Assembly: GCA_027491415.1 (NCBI GenBank)
Contig: JAOZFH010000036.1
Location: 1-43,685, forward strand
DNA: 43,685 bases
Direction: 5' to 3'
Source of the DNA: Thermoproteota archaeon
GTDB taxonomy: Archaea; Korarchaeota; Korarchaeia; Korarchaeales; Korarchaeaceae
The translations under genes were made by a program, and so were the position numbers. This document shows, piece by piece, positions 35,672-43,685 of the stretch. The notes beneath the pieces are model-generated. The model was not told the origin of the DNA and made no database searches. It saw only the letters and a program-made list of their open reading frames with translations. Each line of letters begins with the position of its first letter. The first letter of the stretch is position 1.

Positions 35672-36444
35672 CTCTCCCCACCTCCATCTTCCCCCGGCCT
35701 TTCCTCATCCAACTCCTCGGGGGCGATCTCACCCACGTCCGCGCCTACCGGCTCCCGTGCGGGGGCCCACGCGACTCCCCCCGCCCTCGACTGCCTGCTG
35801 AAGTAGTACGCCAGCGCGTAGGCCGCCATCAGCAGGACGAGCCCGTACTTCCCCAGGAATATCACCACGAGCAGGTCCACCAGCGGTATGAGTAGTGCGG
35901 CGAGGAACGCAGATCCCATGTCGACGTTGTAGAACACAGAGACCCCGATGACCAGTAGGGCTACCCCCCAGACGGCCGCGACGAGCCAGAGCACGCCGCC
36001 GAGGGCGAGCCACCCGATCGCCCCCAGCCCCCCGACGAGCACCGCCAGGGAGAAGGCCCCAAGGGGGAGGGCCGAGGGCAGGACCGAGTAGGCCACCACG
36101 CTGAGGGCCCTGGTGACGTCTCCCGTTCCCCCGAGGAGCCGGGCGTCCAGGTGGATCAGCAGGGCCGCGATGACCATCAGCACGACGTTGGAGACGGCCG
36201 CGCCTATGCCCACGAGAGGGCTGGCTATGGAGATGACGGGGGCGAGGGGGAGCGGAATGATCCTGAGGACGGCGGCGACGAAGAGGGCCCCCTCGGCGAA
36301 GGATATGCCGGCCGCTAGCAGCAGCGGAAGCCCTATTGACACGTCCTCGTGCGCCATTACCTCAAAGGTCTGCCTGGGGTGGAGGAGAACTCCGCCGACC
36401 CTGTAAAGACCGCTCCTGAAGGGCCCGGCCATACCCGACATCAC
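35668..36444 (-). CDS. Yip1-domain membrane protein
   Basis: VLLHPRQTF, RLLGGTGD, VVAYSVLP, multiple TM helices. Confidence 0.8.
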   Translation of the reverse strand: MMSGMAGPFRSGLYRVGGVLLHPRQTFEVMAHEDVSIGLPLLLAAGISFAEGALFVAAVLRIIPLPLAPVISIASPLVGIGAAVSNVVLMVIAALLIHLDARLLGGTGDVTRALSVVAYSVLPSALPLGAFSLAVLVGGLGAIGWLALGGVLWLVAAVWGVALLVIGVSVFYNVDMGSAFLAALLIPLVDLLVVIFLGKYGLVLLMAAYALAYYFSRQSRAGGVAWAPAREPVGADVGEIAPEELDEERPGEDGGGER

Positions 36445-36447
36445 CCA

Positions 36448-36484
36448 AATAACTTCGGTTTGTTAGAACTTATCCGAAGTTATT
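36448..36484. promoter_or_regulatory. Perfect 11-bp inverted repeat, candidate operator of the Yip1-ArsR operon
   Basis: AATAACTTCGG-N15-CCGAAGTTATT between the minus-strand TATA (TTTATAA, 36488-36494) and the start at 36444. Confidence 0.65.
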
Positions 36485-36543
36485 CGATTATAAACCTTTC
36501 CTAGGGCAAGGCATATATCGGGAAGGCCGCAGGGGGCGGGCAA

Positions 36544-37266
36544 ATGCCCCAGGTGTCTCTGGAACTCGCCCTCCTCTCTGTGGAGTTCGTCCTGCTCATC
36601 GCGACCGTGATACTGCTCTACCTGAGCAGGAGGGAGCACGCCGGGAGGCACGAACTCCTGAAGCTGCTCAGCCTCGCCATAACCGCGCTGACCAGGAGGG
36701 AGTACTTCTCGGCCGTTCAGGACGCCCTCCGCGACGCCAGGAAGAGCGTGATCGCGGTCATCACCGGAACGCCGCCCAGGGACGAGGAGGAAGAGGAGGT
36801 GTTGAACTCCATAGCCGAGAAGGTCCGGGAGGCCTCGAAGAGGGGCGTGAGGATCAGGTACCTCATCCCCAGGTCCGCCGCCCACCTCCACGTGGGCCAC
36901 CTGCTCTGCCGGGCGGGGGCCGAGGTGAGGTACAGGGCAGGCCTGGCCGTCTACGACCTCAGGTACATGGTTGTGGATGAGAGCAGGGTGATAATCGGAC
37001 AGCCGAGGGGGCAGGGCGAGGAGGAACCCACCAAGAAGGGTTACGTTATAGAGTCGCCCACGCTCGCCTCGATGCTGCTGGAGAGGTTCGAGTCCCACTG
37101 GGGCGCGGAGGGCACCGTGAGCTACGAGGAGTACGTCAGGCAGGAGGTGAAGTCCCTGTACGAGACGAACCCCGGCCTGACCCCGGAGACGGCGGCCGGC
37201 CAGCTCAACCTGCCGGTCGAGGAGGTCAAGAGGCTGGCGGGGGACCTGTGGGCCCACGGGGGGTAG
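36544..37266 (+). CDS. Membrane-anchored PLD/TrmB-sensor-like fold protein with C-terminal HTH-like segment
   Basis: N-terminal TM; ARKSV, ASKRGVRIRYL, LRYMVVD (no HKD His/Lys); TPETAAGQLNLPVEEV. Confidence 0.65.
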   Translation: MPQVSLELALLSVEFVLLIATVILLYLSRREHAGRHELLKLLSLAITALTRREYFSAVQDALRDARKSVIAVITGTPPRDEEEEEVLNSIAEKVREASKRGVRIRYLIPRSAAHLHVGHLLCRAGAEVRYRAGLAVYDLRYMVVDESRVIIGQPRGQGEEEPTKKGYVIESPTLASMLLERFESHWGAEGTVSYEEYVRQEVKSLYETNPGLTPETAAGQLNLPVEEVKRLAGDLWAHGG

Positions 37267-37298
37267 CCGATGTAGGACCCCCTCCCCACAACGCGCCT

Positions 37299-37979
37299 CT
37301 AGAGTCCCTCGAGGACTTCTGACGGACCACCCTCCGCCGCCACGAGCCCGTCCTCAATTAGAACGGCCCTATCCGATATCTCCAGGGCTAAGAGGCGGTC
37401 GTGGGTGGCCACAGCCACGCTCACACCCTCCCTCGCCAGGGTCCTCAGGACCCGCGCGACCCGCCTCCTGTTCTCCCTGTCAAGGTTGGCCGTGGGCTCG
37501 TCCAGCAGGAGGTGCCTTGGGGAGACCGCCAGCGCCCTGGCCAGGGCTACCAGCTGCCTCTGGCCAGCGGACAGGGTTCTCGCACTTGCGGACGCGAGTT
37601 GGGACAAGCCGAGCATCTCCATGGCCTCCCTCACGCCCTCCCTCGCCTCCTCGTCCGGCACCCCCCTGAGCCTCAGCCCGAATGCAACGTTCTCCTCGAC
37701 GGTGCCCCTCATCACTACCGGAGACTCGTGGACGTAAACAACAGATCTCCTCAGCCGGAGTCTCTCCTCCGGGTCAGCGCTCCACAGGTCTGAGCCGTCC
37801 ACCAGGACCTGCCCGGCCGCTGGACGGAGGAGGCCAGCTGAGATCTTTAGAATGGTGGTCTTCCCGGAGCCGTTGGGTCCCACCAGGGAGGTTATTCCCT
37901 CCCGGATCGTGAGGGCCACCCCCCTCAGCGCCTCCGCCCCACGAGGGTAGCTGTACCGAACGTCGAGGAGTTCGATCAA
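37299..37979 (-). CDS. tupC: Tungstate ABC transporter ATP-binding protein (TupC-like)
   Basis: GPNGSGKT, LSAGQ, LLLDEPTANLD; last gene of the tupAB operon. Confidence 0.8.
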   Translation of the reverse strand: MIELLDVRYSYPRGAEALRGVALTIREGITSLVGPNGSGKTTILKISAGLLRPAAGQVLVDGSDLWSADPEERLRLRRSVVYVHESPVVMRGTVEENVAFGLRLRGVPDEEAREGVREAMEMLGLSQLASASARTLSAGQRQLVALARALAVSPRHLLLDEPTANLDRENRRRVARVLRTLAREGVSVAVATHDRLLALEISDRAVLIEDGLVAAEGGPSEVLEGL

Positions 37980-37983
37980 CCGA

Positions 37984-38634
37984 TCACCTCCTCTCCCCCA
38001 TCCTCCTGATCGCCACGTTGACCACGATGGCCAAGCTGAGGAGGATGCCGCTCAGCGAGAGGGCTAGCTCGAACTCTCCCCTGGAGACCTCCAGCGCTAT
38101 GGCCGTCGTCATCACCCTGGTGAATCCCCTGATGTTGCCCCCCAGCATGAGGGCTATTCCCAGCTCGCCCAGCGCCCTGTTGAACCCGAGCAGCACCACG
38201 GTGAGGATGGAGGGGAGGGCCTCCCTCAGCATGGCCCCCGCGGCCTGCCTCTCCGTCGCCCCCAGGGCCATGGCCATCTCCCAGACGACCTCGTGGACGC
38301 CAGAGAGAGAGGCCGCGGCCGCGGAGGTGATGAGGGGCGTCACCAAGACGGCCTGGCCCAACGCTATCGCGACGGGCGTGTAGAGGAGGTTGAGAAATCC
38401 CAGCGGACCTGATCGCGAGAGGATCAGGTACATGACGAGCCCTATCACCACGGTCGGCACGCTGGTGAGGGAGTTTAGCAGGTCCAGGGCTAGCCTACTC
38501 GCCCTGGAGTCTCCGCCGATCACCAGCTTTACGGCAAGCGGGATGCTCCAGGTCGAGGCCAGCAGCGTTGCCGAGCCGGATATCGCGAGCGATCGGGCCA
38601 CGATCTGGGCGACCTCGGCGGCCAGACCACTCAG
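37984..38634 (-). CDS. tupB: Tungstate ABC transporter permease (TupB-like); probable CTG start
   Basis: SRSGPLG...LLYTP, GGNIRGFTRVMTTAIALE; GAGGTGA SD 6 nt before CTG at 38634. Confidence 0.88.
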   Translation of the reverse strand: MSGLAAEVAQIVARSLAISGSATLLASTWSIPLAVKLVIGGDSRASRLALDLLNSLTSVPTVVIGLVMYLILSRSGPLGFLNLLYTPVAIALGQAVLVTPLITSAAAASLSGVHEVVWEMAMALGATERQAAGAMLREALPSILTVVLLGFNRALGELGIALMLGGNIRGFTRVMTTAIALEVSRGEFELALSLSGILLSLAIVVNVAIRRMGERR

Positions 38635-38695
38635 GGCAGCTCACCTCACGCGTTCGGCGTCCTCAGGGGTGGGAGGAAATAAAGGCGTGGGGGCG

Positions 38696-39598
38696 TCATC
38701 CCCCGGTCGCGAGTCTCTCCCAGGCTGCCCTGAGCTCCCCAGTCGGGTCACCCCGGGCCGGGTAGAAGAGGGGTCTGCCGAACTTCTCTGTCCCGTAGCT
38801 CCCTATGAGTTCCTGCGCCTCGTCTGACACCAAGAAGTCAGCGAACGCCTTCGCCAGCCTGGAGTTCACGCCGGGAACCTTGTCCGGGTTCACCACGTAC
38901 ACGCTGTAGATGTTGATGAGCTCCTCTCCCCTGTCGAGGAGTATGGTAAGTTCTGCCAGCCTTTCGGACATCTTGAGGTACGTTCCGATGTCTGAGAGAG
39001 TGTAAGCCCTCTTCTCGTTGGCCAGCATGAGAGTCTGAGACATTCCCGAGCCGCTCTCTATGTACCAGGGCTTCCCCCTTGGATCGAGACCGGCAGCCTC
39101 CCAAAGCGAGAGCTCCTTAACGTGGGTCCCGGAGTTGTCTCCCCTAGACACGAAGAGGGCATCACCCCTCTCTCCGGCCTCGTAGATCCTCCTCATGGCT
39201 TCGACGGGGTCGACCCCCGAGATCTCGGCGGGGTCCTCGGGCGGGCCCACGATGATGAAGTGGTTGTACGCGAATACCCTCCCATCGATCAGGTAGCCCT
39301 CCTCTATGTACTGGTCCTCTAGGGATGGGGCGTGGACGGTGACTGCGTCGGCGTCTCCCAGGGAGGCTCGACGCAGCGCCTCGCCGCTGCCCAACGGGAT
39401 GAACTGAACACTCACTCCGGGGTACTTCTTCTGGAATTCATCGGCCAGGAGGTCCAACAGGCCCGTGGCGTAAAGGCTCGTGGTGGTGGTCACCCTGAGG
39501 GTGCCTCTGTATCTCCCCTGAAGCCACATCAGTCCGGATAGAGAAGCCACTAGGAGGATTGCAATCACCATTGCGACGGTCTTAAGACTCCAATTCAC
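38696..39598 (-). CDS. tupA: Tungstate-binding protein (TupA-like)
   Basis: TTTS motif, GSGEAL, VHAP, YNHFIIVGP, SRGDNSGTH, YTLSDIGTY. Confidence 0.92.
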   Translation of the reverse strand: MNWSLKTVAMVIAILLVASLSGLMWLQGRYRGTLRVTTTTSLYATGLLDLLADEFQKKYPGVSVQFIPLGSGEALRRASLGDADAVTVHAPSLEDQYIEEGYLIDGRVFAYNHFIIVGPPEDPAEISGVDPVEAMRRIYEAGERGDALFVSRGDNSGTHVKELSLWEAAGLDPRGKPWYIESGSGMSQTLMLANEKRAYTLSDIGTYLKMSERLAELTILLDRGEELINIYSVYVVNPDKVPGVNSRLAKAFADFLVSDEAQELIGSYGTEKFGRPLFYPARGDPTGELRAAWERLATGG

Positions 39599-39619
39599 TC
39601 TCCGCCACCTCTCTTCGCG

Positions 39620-39673
39620 TTATCAGTAGGCGAATTTCGATACGATAAAATCGTTATTCACAATCGAGATAAC
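39620..39673. promoter_or_regulatory. Two dyads around the tupA promoter, candidate ModE-type operator
   Basis: TTATC-N19-GATAA (39620-39648, centred near CGAATTTCG) and GTTAT-N11-ATAAC (39653-39673). Confidence 0.45.
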
Positions 39674-39818
39674 ATAACTGGGCCAGCCGCTCCCAGGCCC
39701 TGATTTTCAGAGATTGAGACGGAGGGTGCGCCAGATCCCAGAGAAGTCGCCGAAGATTGCCCTGCCGAAGTAGTGGAAAAGAATTTCATGAGGCCCACGG
39801 GCGGCTTCTCGACCAACC

Positions 39819-41012
39819 ATGGGCAGGAGAGAACTGCTCGCCCTTGGCGTTGGGTGGGCCTTCGTGGCGTCCAACTCCGGCCTGATCTCGTTCGCGCTCC
39901 CACTCATAGCTTCGGAGTGGGCCCTGAAAGGCACGCAGATAGGCCTTCTCTTGAACCTCTACCTCCTAGGAATGCTGATCGGGGGCTTCGCGCTGGGCAA
40001 GCTCGCAGACATCCTCGGCCGAAAGCCCGCGGCCGTGATCTCGCTGACGCTCCTCGCGATAGGGACGGCGGCGTGCGCGCTGGCGCCTAACTGGATCACC
40101 ATGGGGCTGATGAGGCTCCTGGCCGGCGTCGGCGCCACGGGGTACATGGTGGTCGCCAGCACGCTGCTATCGGAACTCTCGCCCACAGACGTCAGGGGGA
40201 GGAACGTCGCGATACTCGAGTCGTTCTGGGCTTACGGCTGGCTGCTCGCGTCTCTCCTGGGGCTCATAATAGCGCCCTCTAAGGGGTGGCGGCCGATCTT
40301 CCTCGCCGGGGTGGCCCCGCTGGCGGCGATACCGCTCCTCGAGATCGTACCAGAGTCCTCCAGGTTCTTGGAGGAGGCAGCCAAGCCTGAGAAGCTACCG
40401 ATATCCACGCTCTTCAGGGGCGAGTACCTCCGCAGGACCCTGATGCTCTGGATCCACTGGTTCATCATCGTGATGGCCTACTGGGGTGTCTTCCTCTGGT
40501 TCCCGAAGATCCTGGTGGCCCAGAGGGGGCTGACGCTCGTCAAGTCGCTTCAGTGGTCCTTCCTGATTACCCTGGCCCAGGTCCCCGGGTACTGGAGCGG
40601 GGCCTGGGTGATCGAGCGCCTGGGCAGGAGGCTGAGCCTCTCACTCTACATGGGCCTCGCGGGCCTTGGGACGCTTCTATACTGGTTCGCGTCCACGCCC
40701 GATCAGGCCTTGGCTGGGGCGATAGCGCTGTCGTTCTTCAACCTGGGCGCCTGGGGGATTACCTACGCCTACACGCCTGAGCTCTACCCGACCAGCCTCA
40801 GGGGGCTCGGGGCGGGGGCCGCCAACTCCTTCGGCAGGCTCGGCGGAATACTCGGGCCGTACTTGGTCGGCGCCATCCTCGACGCCACCGGCAGCTACTC
40901 GCTGGCCTTCCTCACCTTTGGAGCCGCCCAGCTGATCTCAGCAGGAGTGGTGGCCGGGCTGGGGGTTGAGACGGCTGGCAGGTCGCTGGAAGAGGTCTCT
41001 CCTGGGGGCTGA
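39819..41012 (+). CDS. MFS transporter (NiaP/YceI-like)
   Basis: LADILGRK, SELSPTDVRGR, LESFWAYG, PESSRFL, YAYTPELYPT. Confidence 0.9.
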   Translation: MGRRELLALGVGWAFVASNSGLISFALPLIASEWALKGTQIGLLLNLYLLGMLIGGFALGKLADILGRKPAAVISLTLLAIGTAACALAPNWITMGLMRLLAGVGATGYMVVASTLLSELSPTDVRGRNVAILESFWAYGWLLASLLGLIIAPSKGWRPIFLAGVAPLAAIPLLEIVPESSRFLEEAAKPEKLPISTLFRGEYLRRTLMLWIHWFIIVMAYWGVFLWFPKILVAQRGLTLVKSLQWSFLITLAQVPGYWSGAWVIERLGRRLSLSLYMGLAGLGTLLYWFASTPDQALAGAIALSFFNLGAWGITYAYTPELYPTSLRGLGAGAANSFGRLGGILGPYLVGAILDATGSYSLAFLTFGAAQLISAGVVAGLGVETAGRSLEEVSPGG

Positions 41013-42185
41013 TCCCCCCACTAATCCCAGCCGCCCCTCCGTGGTCACCCTCTCCTGAATCACGATGCCCCGTCGGGCCAGCCACTGGGCCACATGGCTC
41101 ATGAGGGACTCTTCCATCCCGAGGGCCTCTGGGGGCACCACCCCAGGTCCTGGCGCCATTCCCTCAGCCAGCAGTTCCGCGACCGCGGTCGCCGTGAATG
41201 CGGCGGTCCTGGCCGTGGCCGTGAGGCCGCTTGAGTCGTCGTACCGATCAACCATCTTGTACTCCACCTCCACGCTGCCCTCAGGCGTCATCCCCCTGGC
41301 CCTCACAAGCAGGACGACCAGGTCTCTCTGGTCTCCGGAGAGCCGCCTCCTGAACAGCTCTGCGGCGACGGACGCCGGGGCCACGTTGGTGCCCTCCACC
41401 GATAGAGGGGTAGAGTCAAAGAAGCCGAGGTCTCTCAGCACGGTCACCCTCTCCGCGTGCCCGGGCCATCGAAGGGTCTTTTCCTCCATCCTCCGAACGC
41501 CCCTCAGGGTTCTGATCATCGTCCGCAGGCCGTCGGTGAGGAACGCCTCCATCCTACCCACTCCCTCCATCTCGACCTCCTCGACCTCGGAGAGGGCTGG
41601 TAAGGAAGCCAGCCTTCCGTCCCTTATCACCCGCGCGGGCCTGGTGTACTCCTCAATGAGATCCTCCGGGATCCACGTGACCACGTACCCCAGCGGGGTC
41701 GTCGGCCTCTCGGGTACGGCGCCGACGTATATCACCAGCTCCCCGACCCTCCCCTCGAGCTTGGCGTAGGCTCTTCCCGCCAGCATGTTGCTGAGGCCTG
41801 GAGCCACTCCGGCGTCCGGCACTATCGTGACCCCAGCCTCTTTGGCTTGGATATTGAGGGAGAGAGGGTCATCCGGAGAGTAGGAGACGTCCACGAGGTC
41901 GACACCAGCTTTGAGGGCCGACAGCCAAACGTTCCTCCCGAGCCTCCCTGGTAGAGCCCCGACGGCCACATCCACATCCTTGATCGCCCTTGCAAGCGCG
42001 TCCACATCGGAGGCGTCTACTTTAACCGCTCGGCTCCCCTTCAGCCTGGTCGAGACCTCCCTGAGAGCGGTCTCGTCCCTGTCCACCAGCAGGAGGTCCC
42101 TCCCAGACACCCGCCCGTAGAGGTCCCACGCCGCCGCTCGGCCGACGGATCCCAGTCCTATCACGGCCGCCCTCGCGTGGAACAC
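40938..42185 (-). CDS. Saccharopine dehydrogenase family (lysine 6-dehydrogenase-like) oxidoreductase
   Basis: Likely GTG start 42185; IGLGSVG, DAGVAPGLSN, DLIEEYTRPA, EAFLTDGL, EKTLRWPGH. Confidence 0.88.
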   Translation of the reverse strand: MFHARAAVIGLGSVGRAAAWDLYGRVSGRDLLLVDRDETALREVSTRLKGSRAVKVDASDVDALARAIKDVDVAVGALPGRLGRNVWLSALKAGVDLVDVSYSPDDPLSLNIQAKEAGVTIVPDAGVAPGLSNMLAGRAYAKLEGRVGELVIYVGAVPERPTTPLGYVVTWIPEDLIEEYTRPARVIRDGRLASLPALSEVEEVEMEGVGRMEAFLTDGLRTMIRTLRGVRRMEEKTLRWPGHAERVTVLRDLGFFDSTPLSVEGTNVAPASVAAELFRRRLSGDQRDLVVLLVRARGMTPEGSVEVEYKMVDRYDDSSGLTATARTAAFTATAVAELLAEGMAPGPGVVPPEALGMEESLMSHVAQWLARRGIVIQERVTTEGRLGLVGGSAPRRDLFQRPASRLNPQPGHHSC

Positions 42186-42239
42186 CCCTCGTCTGCGAGG
42201 AGCCGCGAGCACAAAAGCTTGAGTGGTTCACTCGGAGCT

Positions 42240-43685
42240 CTATTCACCGTACTTCCTCTTCAGCTCCTCGTAGGTCTCCCTCGATATCTTGCCAGACCTG
42301 TACCTCTCCTCAAGTAGAGCCAACTTCCTCTCCCTCTCCGAGGATTTCCGAGCCTCCGTCCGGCCTGGCCTTCGTCTGGCGGCAGCCACCAAGACAGCCC
42401 CTACCACGGCCACGAGGACCACCGCCAGCCCCAGCAGCGGGGCCCTTCCACCTCCCTCCTCTCCGGCGCCCTGGGGGCCGGGTGTCGGTGCTTCGGTGGC
42501 CTGAGGCTGGGTCGGGGGCGCCGTCGAGGTCGGCGCGCCTGGCTGGGGCGTCTCTGCCCACGCTAGGACGTCTTCCGGAGCGCCCGGCGCTCCCTCGCAG
42601 GAGGATCCGAACTCGTGGGGGCCTATGTCCGGCGCGCCCACTACCGCACCCCACTCTATGTCGGGCTGTCCCCCCCAACACCCCCGATCGATGGCCGGGC
42701 TCCCCTCCCTCAGGTGGAAGTCGTCGGACTCTGGATCCACGAACATGGGGTCCGCCACGATGCTGTGCTCGCCCTGGCCGCTCTCTCTGGTCCAGGCGCC
42801 GGAGGTCATGTCCTCCCACGTCACGTCCCTCTGCTGTCCCTCCAGCCATATCTCAGAGTCGCTCCTGCTGTACCAGATGTTGCAGTCCTCCACGAACTCG
42901 ACCACACCCGCACCAACGTAGATCCCGACGGGGGCTTCCTTCGGGCCGTTGAAGGCGAAGACGGAGTCGTATATCGTCAGCCTGATTCCGCTCTGGGGGG
43001 CGAGGGGCTCGGGCTCCGGGTAACCGGCCGATAGGGAGTAGGCCCTGTTCTCGACGGAGTTGAACGCCACCAGTGTGTTGAGAACCCTGTACTCCCCCTC
43101 GTAGATGAAGTCTATCCCCGTCAGCCCGTTCCTGTAGACCTCCGAGTATTCCACGTTCCCGCCATTCCAGAGCTTCACCCCCTCCAGCCCGTTGTGGTGC
43201 ACCCTGCACCTCTTGACCAGGTAGAGGCCGAGGGAGTACGGGAACGGGTACAGGGGGCTCCTGGAGCCCAGGTCGATCCCGTCCCCGCCGTTGTGGTGCA
43301 CGTCGCTGCTGAGGATCCCCCACCTGTACCCGCTCTCGGCCGAGATTCCGTCCCCGCCGAAGTCGCCCTCCGCCCCGTTGTTGAAGACGGAGCACCACCT
43401 TATCACGACGTCGCTGCAGGGTCCGGGGGTGCAGTCTATACCTCCATAGAGGTTGTCGTGTATGGCGCTCTCCTCTATGGTCACGTTGTCAACGGGCCCG
43501 TGGGTCGGCCACTTACCGCTCTCGCCGACGGTCATGTGGATCCCCACCTCGGCGCCGGAGACGTCCAGCCTGAAGAGCTCGATGTGGCTGTTGTTCCCCT
43601 CCAGCGAGACGGCCCACACGTCGGCCCCCACGAGCCTGAGGTTCCCGAACCTGACGTAGGACACGCCCGGCCTGAAGATGACCCC
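42240..43685 (-). CDS. Right-handed parallel beta-helix surface protein with Pro/Thr linker, TM anchor and SHOCT-like tail (5' end outside the window)
   Basis: Repeated HDN/FNN/HHN-GG-DGI coils; DPMFVD..DFHLREGSPAIDRG; C-terminal TM then LEERYRSGKISRETYEELK; frame open to the window edge. Confidence 0.85.
   Translation of the reverse strand, partial: GVIFRPGVSYVRFGNLRLVGADVWAVSLEGNNSHIELFRLDVSGAEVGIHMTVGESGKWPTHGPVDNVTIEESAIHDNLYGGIDCTPGPCSDVVIRWCSVFNNGAEGDFGGDGISAESGYRWGILSSDVHHNGGDGIDLGSRSPLYPFPYSLGLYLVKRCRVHHNGLEGVKLWNGGNVEYSEVYRNGLTGIDFIYEGEYRVLNTLVAFNSVENRAYSLSAGYPEPEPLAPQSGIRLTIYDSVFAFNGPKEAPVGIYVGAGVVEFVEDCNIWYSRSDSEIWLEGQQRDVTWEDMTSGAWTRESGQGEHSIVADPMFVDPESDDFHLREGSPAIDRGCWGGQPDIEWGAVVGAPDIGPHEFGSSCEGAPGAPEDVLAWAETPQPGAPTSTAPPTQPQATEAPTPGPQGAGEEGGGRAPLLGLAVVLVAVVGAVLVAAARRRPGRTEARKSSERERKLALLEERYRSGKISRETYEELKRKYGE

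Noticed and set aside
36448-36484. loxP- or dif-like recombination site (ATAACTTCG arm)
   Set aside because: The spacer is 15 bp rather than 6-8, no recombinase is nearby, and the position over a TSS fits an operator.
1-43685. CRISPR array, IS element, rRNA
   Set aside because: I found no regularly spaced repeats, transposase/integrase ORFs or rRNA-like sequence on reading; no computational scan was possible.

Overview
Gene-dense, GC-rich chromosomal window that looks like a (hyper)thermophilic archaeon. The evidence is TATA-like boxes about 24 nt before many GTG/TTG/ATG starts, GGAGGTG Shine-Dalgarno sites, AGG/ATA-rich codons, and archaeal-type families such as GTPBP, UPF0282, COG2401, COG1149 and HEPN/MNT. 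Left arm: a three-subunit xanthine-dehydrogenase-family Mo hydroxylase operon running into a PyrB-like carbamoyltransferase, a divergent dihydroorotase/allantoinase-family amidohydrolase, and a Liv-type and a NitT/TauT-type ABC system. Middle: GDPD, a frameshifted flavin reductase, UPF0282, MFS, HEPN/MNT pair, GTPBP, Roadblock, DMT, HAD, SDR, a long CDF transporter and a GNAT-ABC ATPase fusion. These are followed by an AT-richer two-gene cassette (secreted plus membrane protein) bracketed by two degenerate copies of the same gene 3' end. Right arm: a DUF59/Panacea-like/2x COG1149/NifX operon divergent from a ModE-type regulator, a PIN-like/membrane/processive GT2 trio, a Yip1/beta-repeat/ArsR operon with a perfect operator-like inverted repeat, a membrane-anchored PLD-fold protein, tupABC, MFS, a saccharopine-dehydrogenase-family gene and a partial beta-helix surface protein. 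Three genes carry single lesions (one in-frame TGA, two frameshifts), and one intergenic stretch looks like a K-turn ncRNA. I saw no CRISPR array, tRNA, rRNA or transposase. Family calls come from motif recognition by eye, not database searches.
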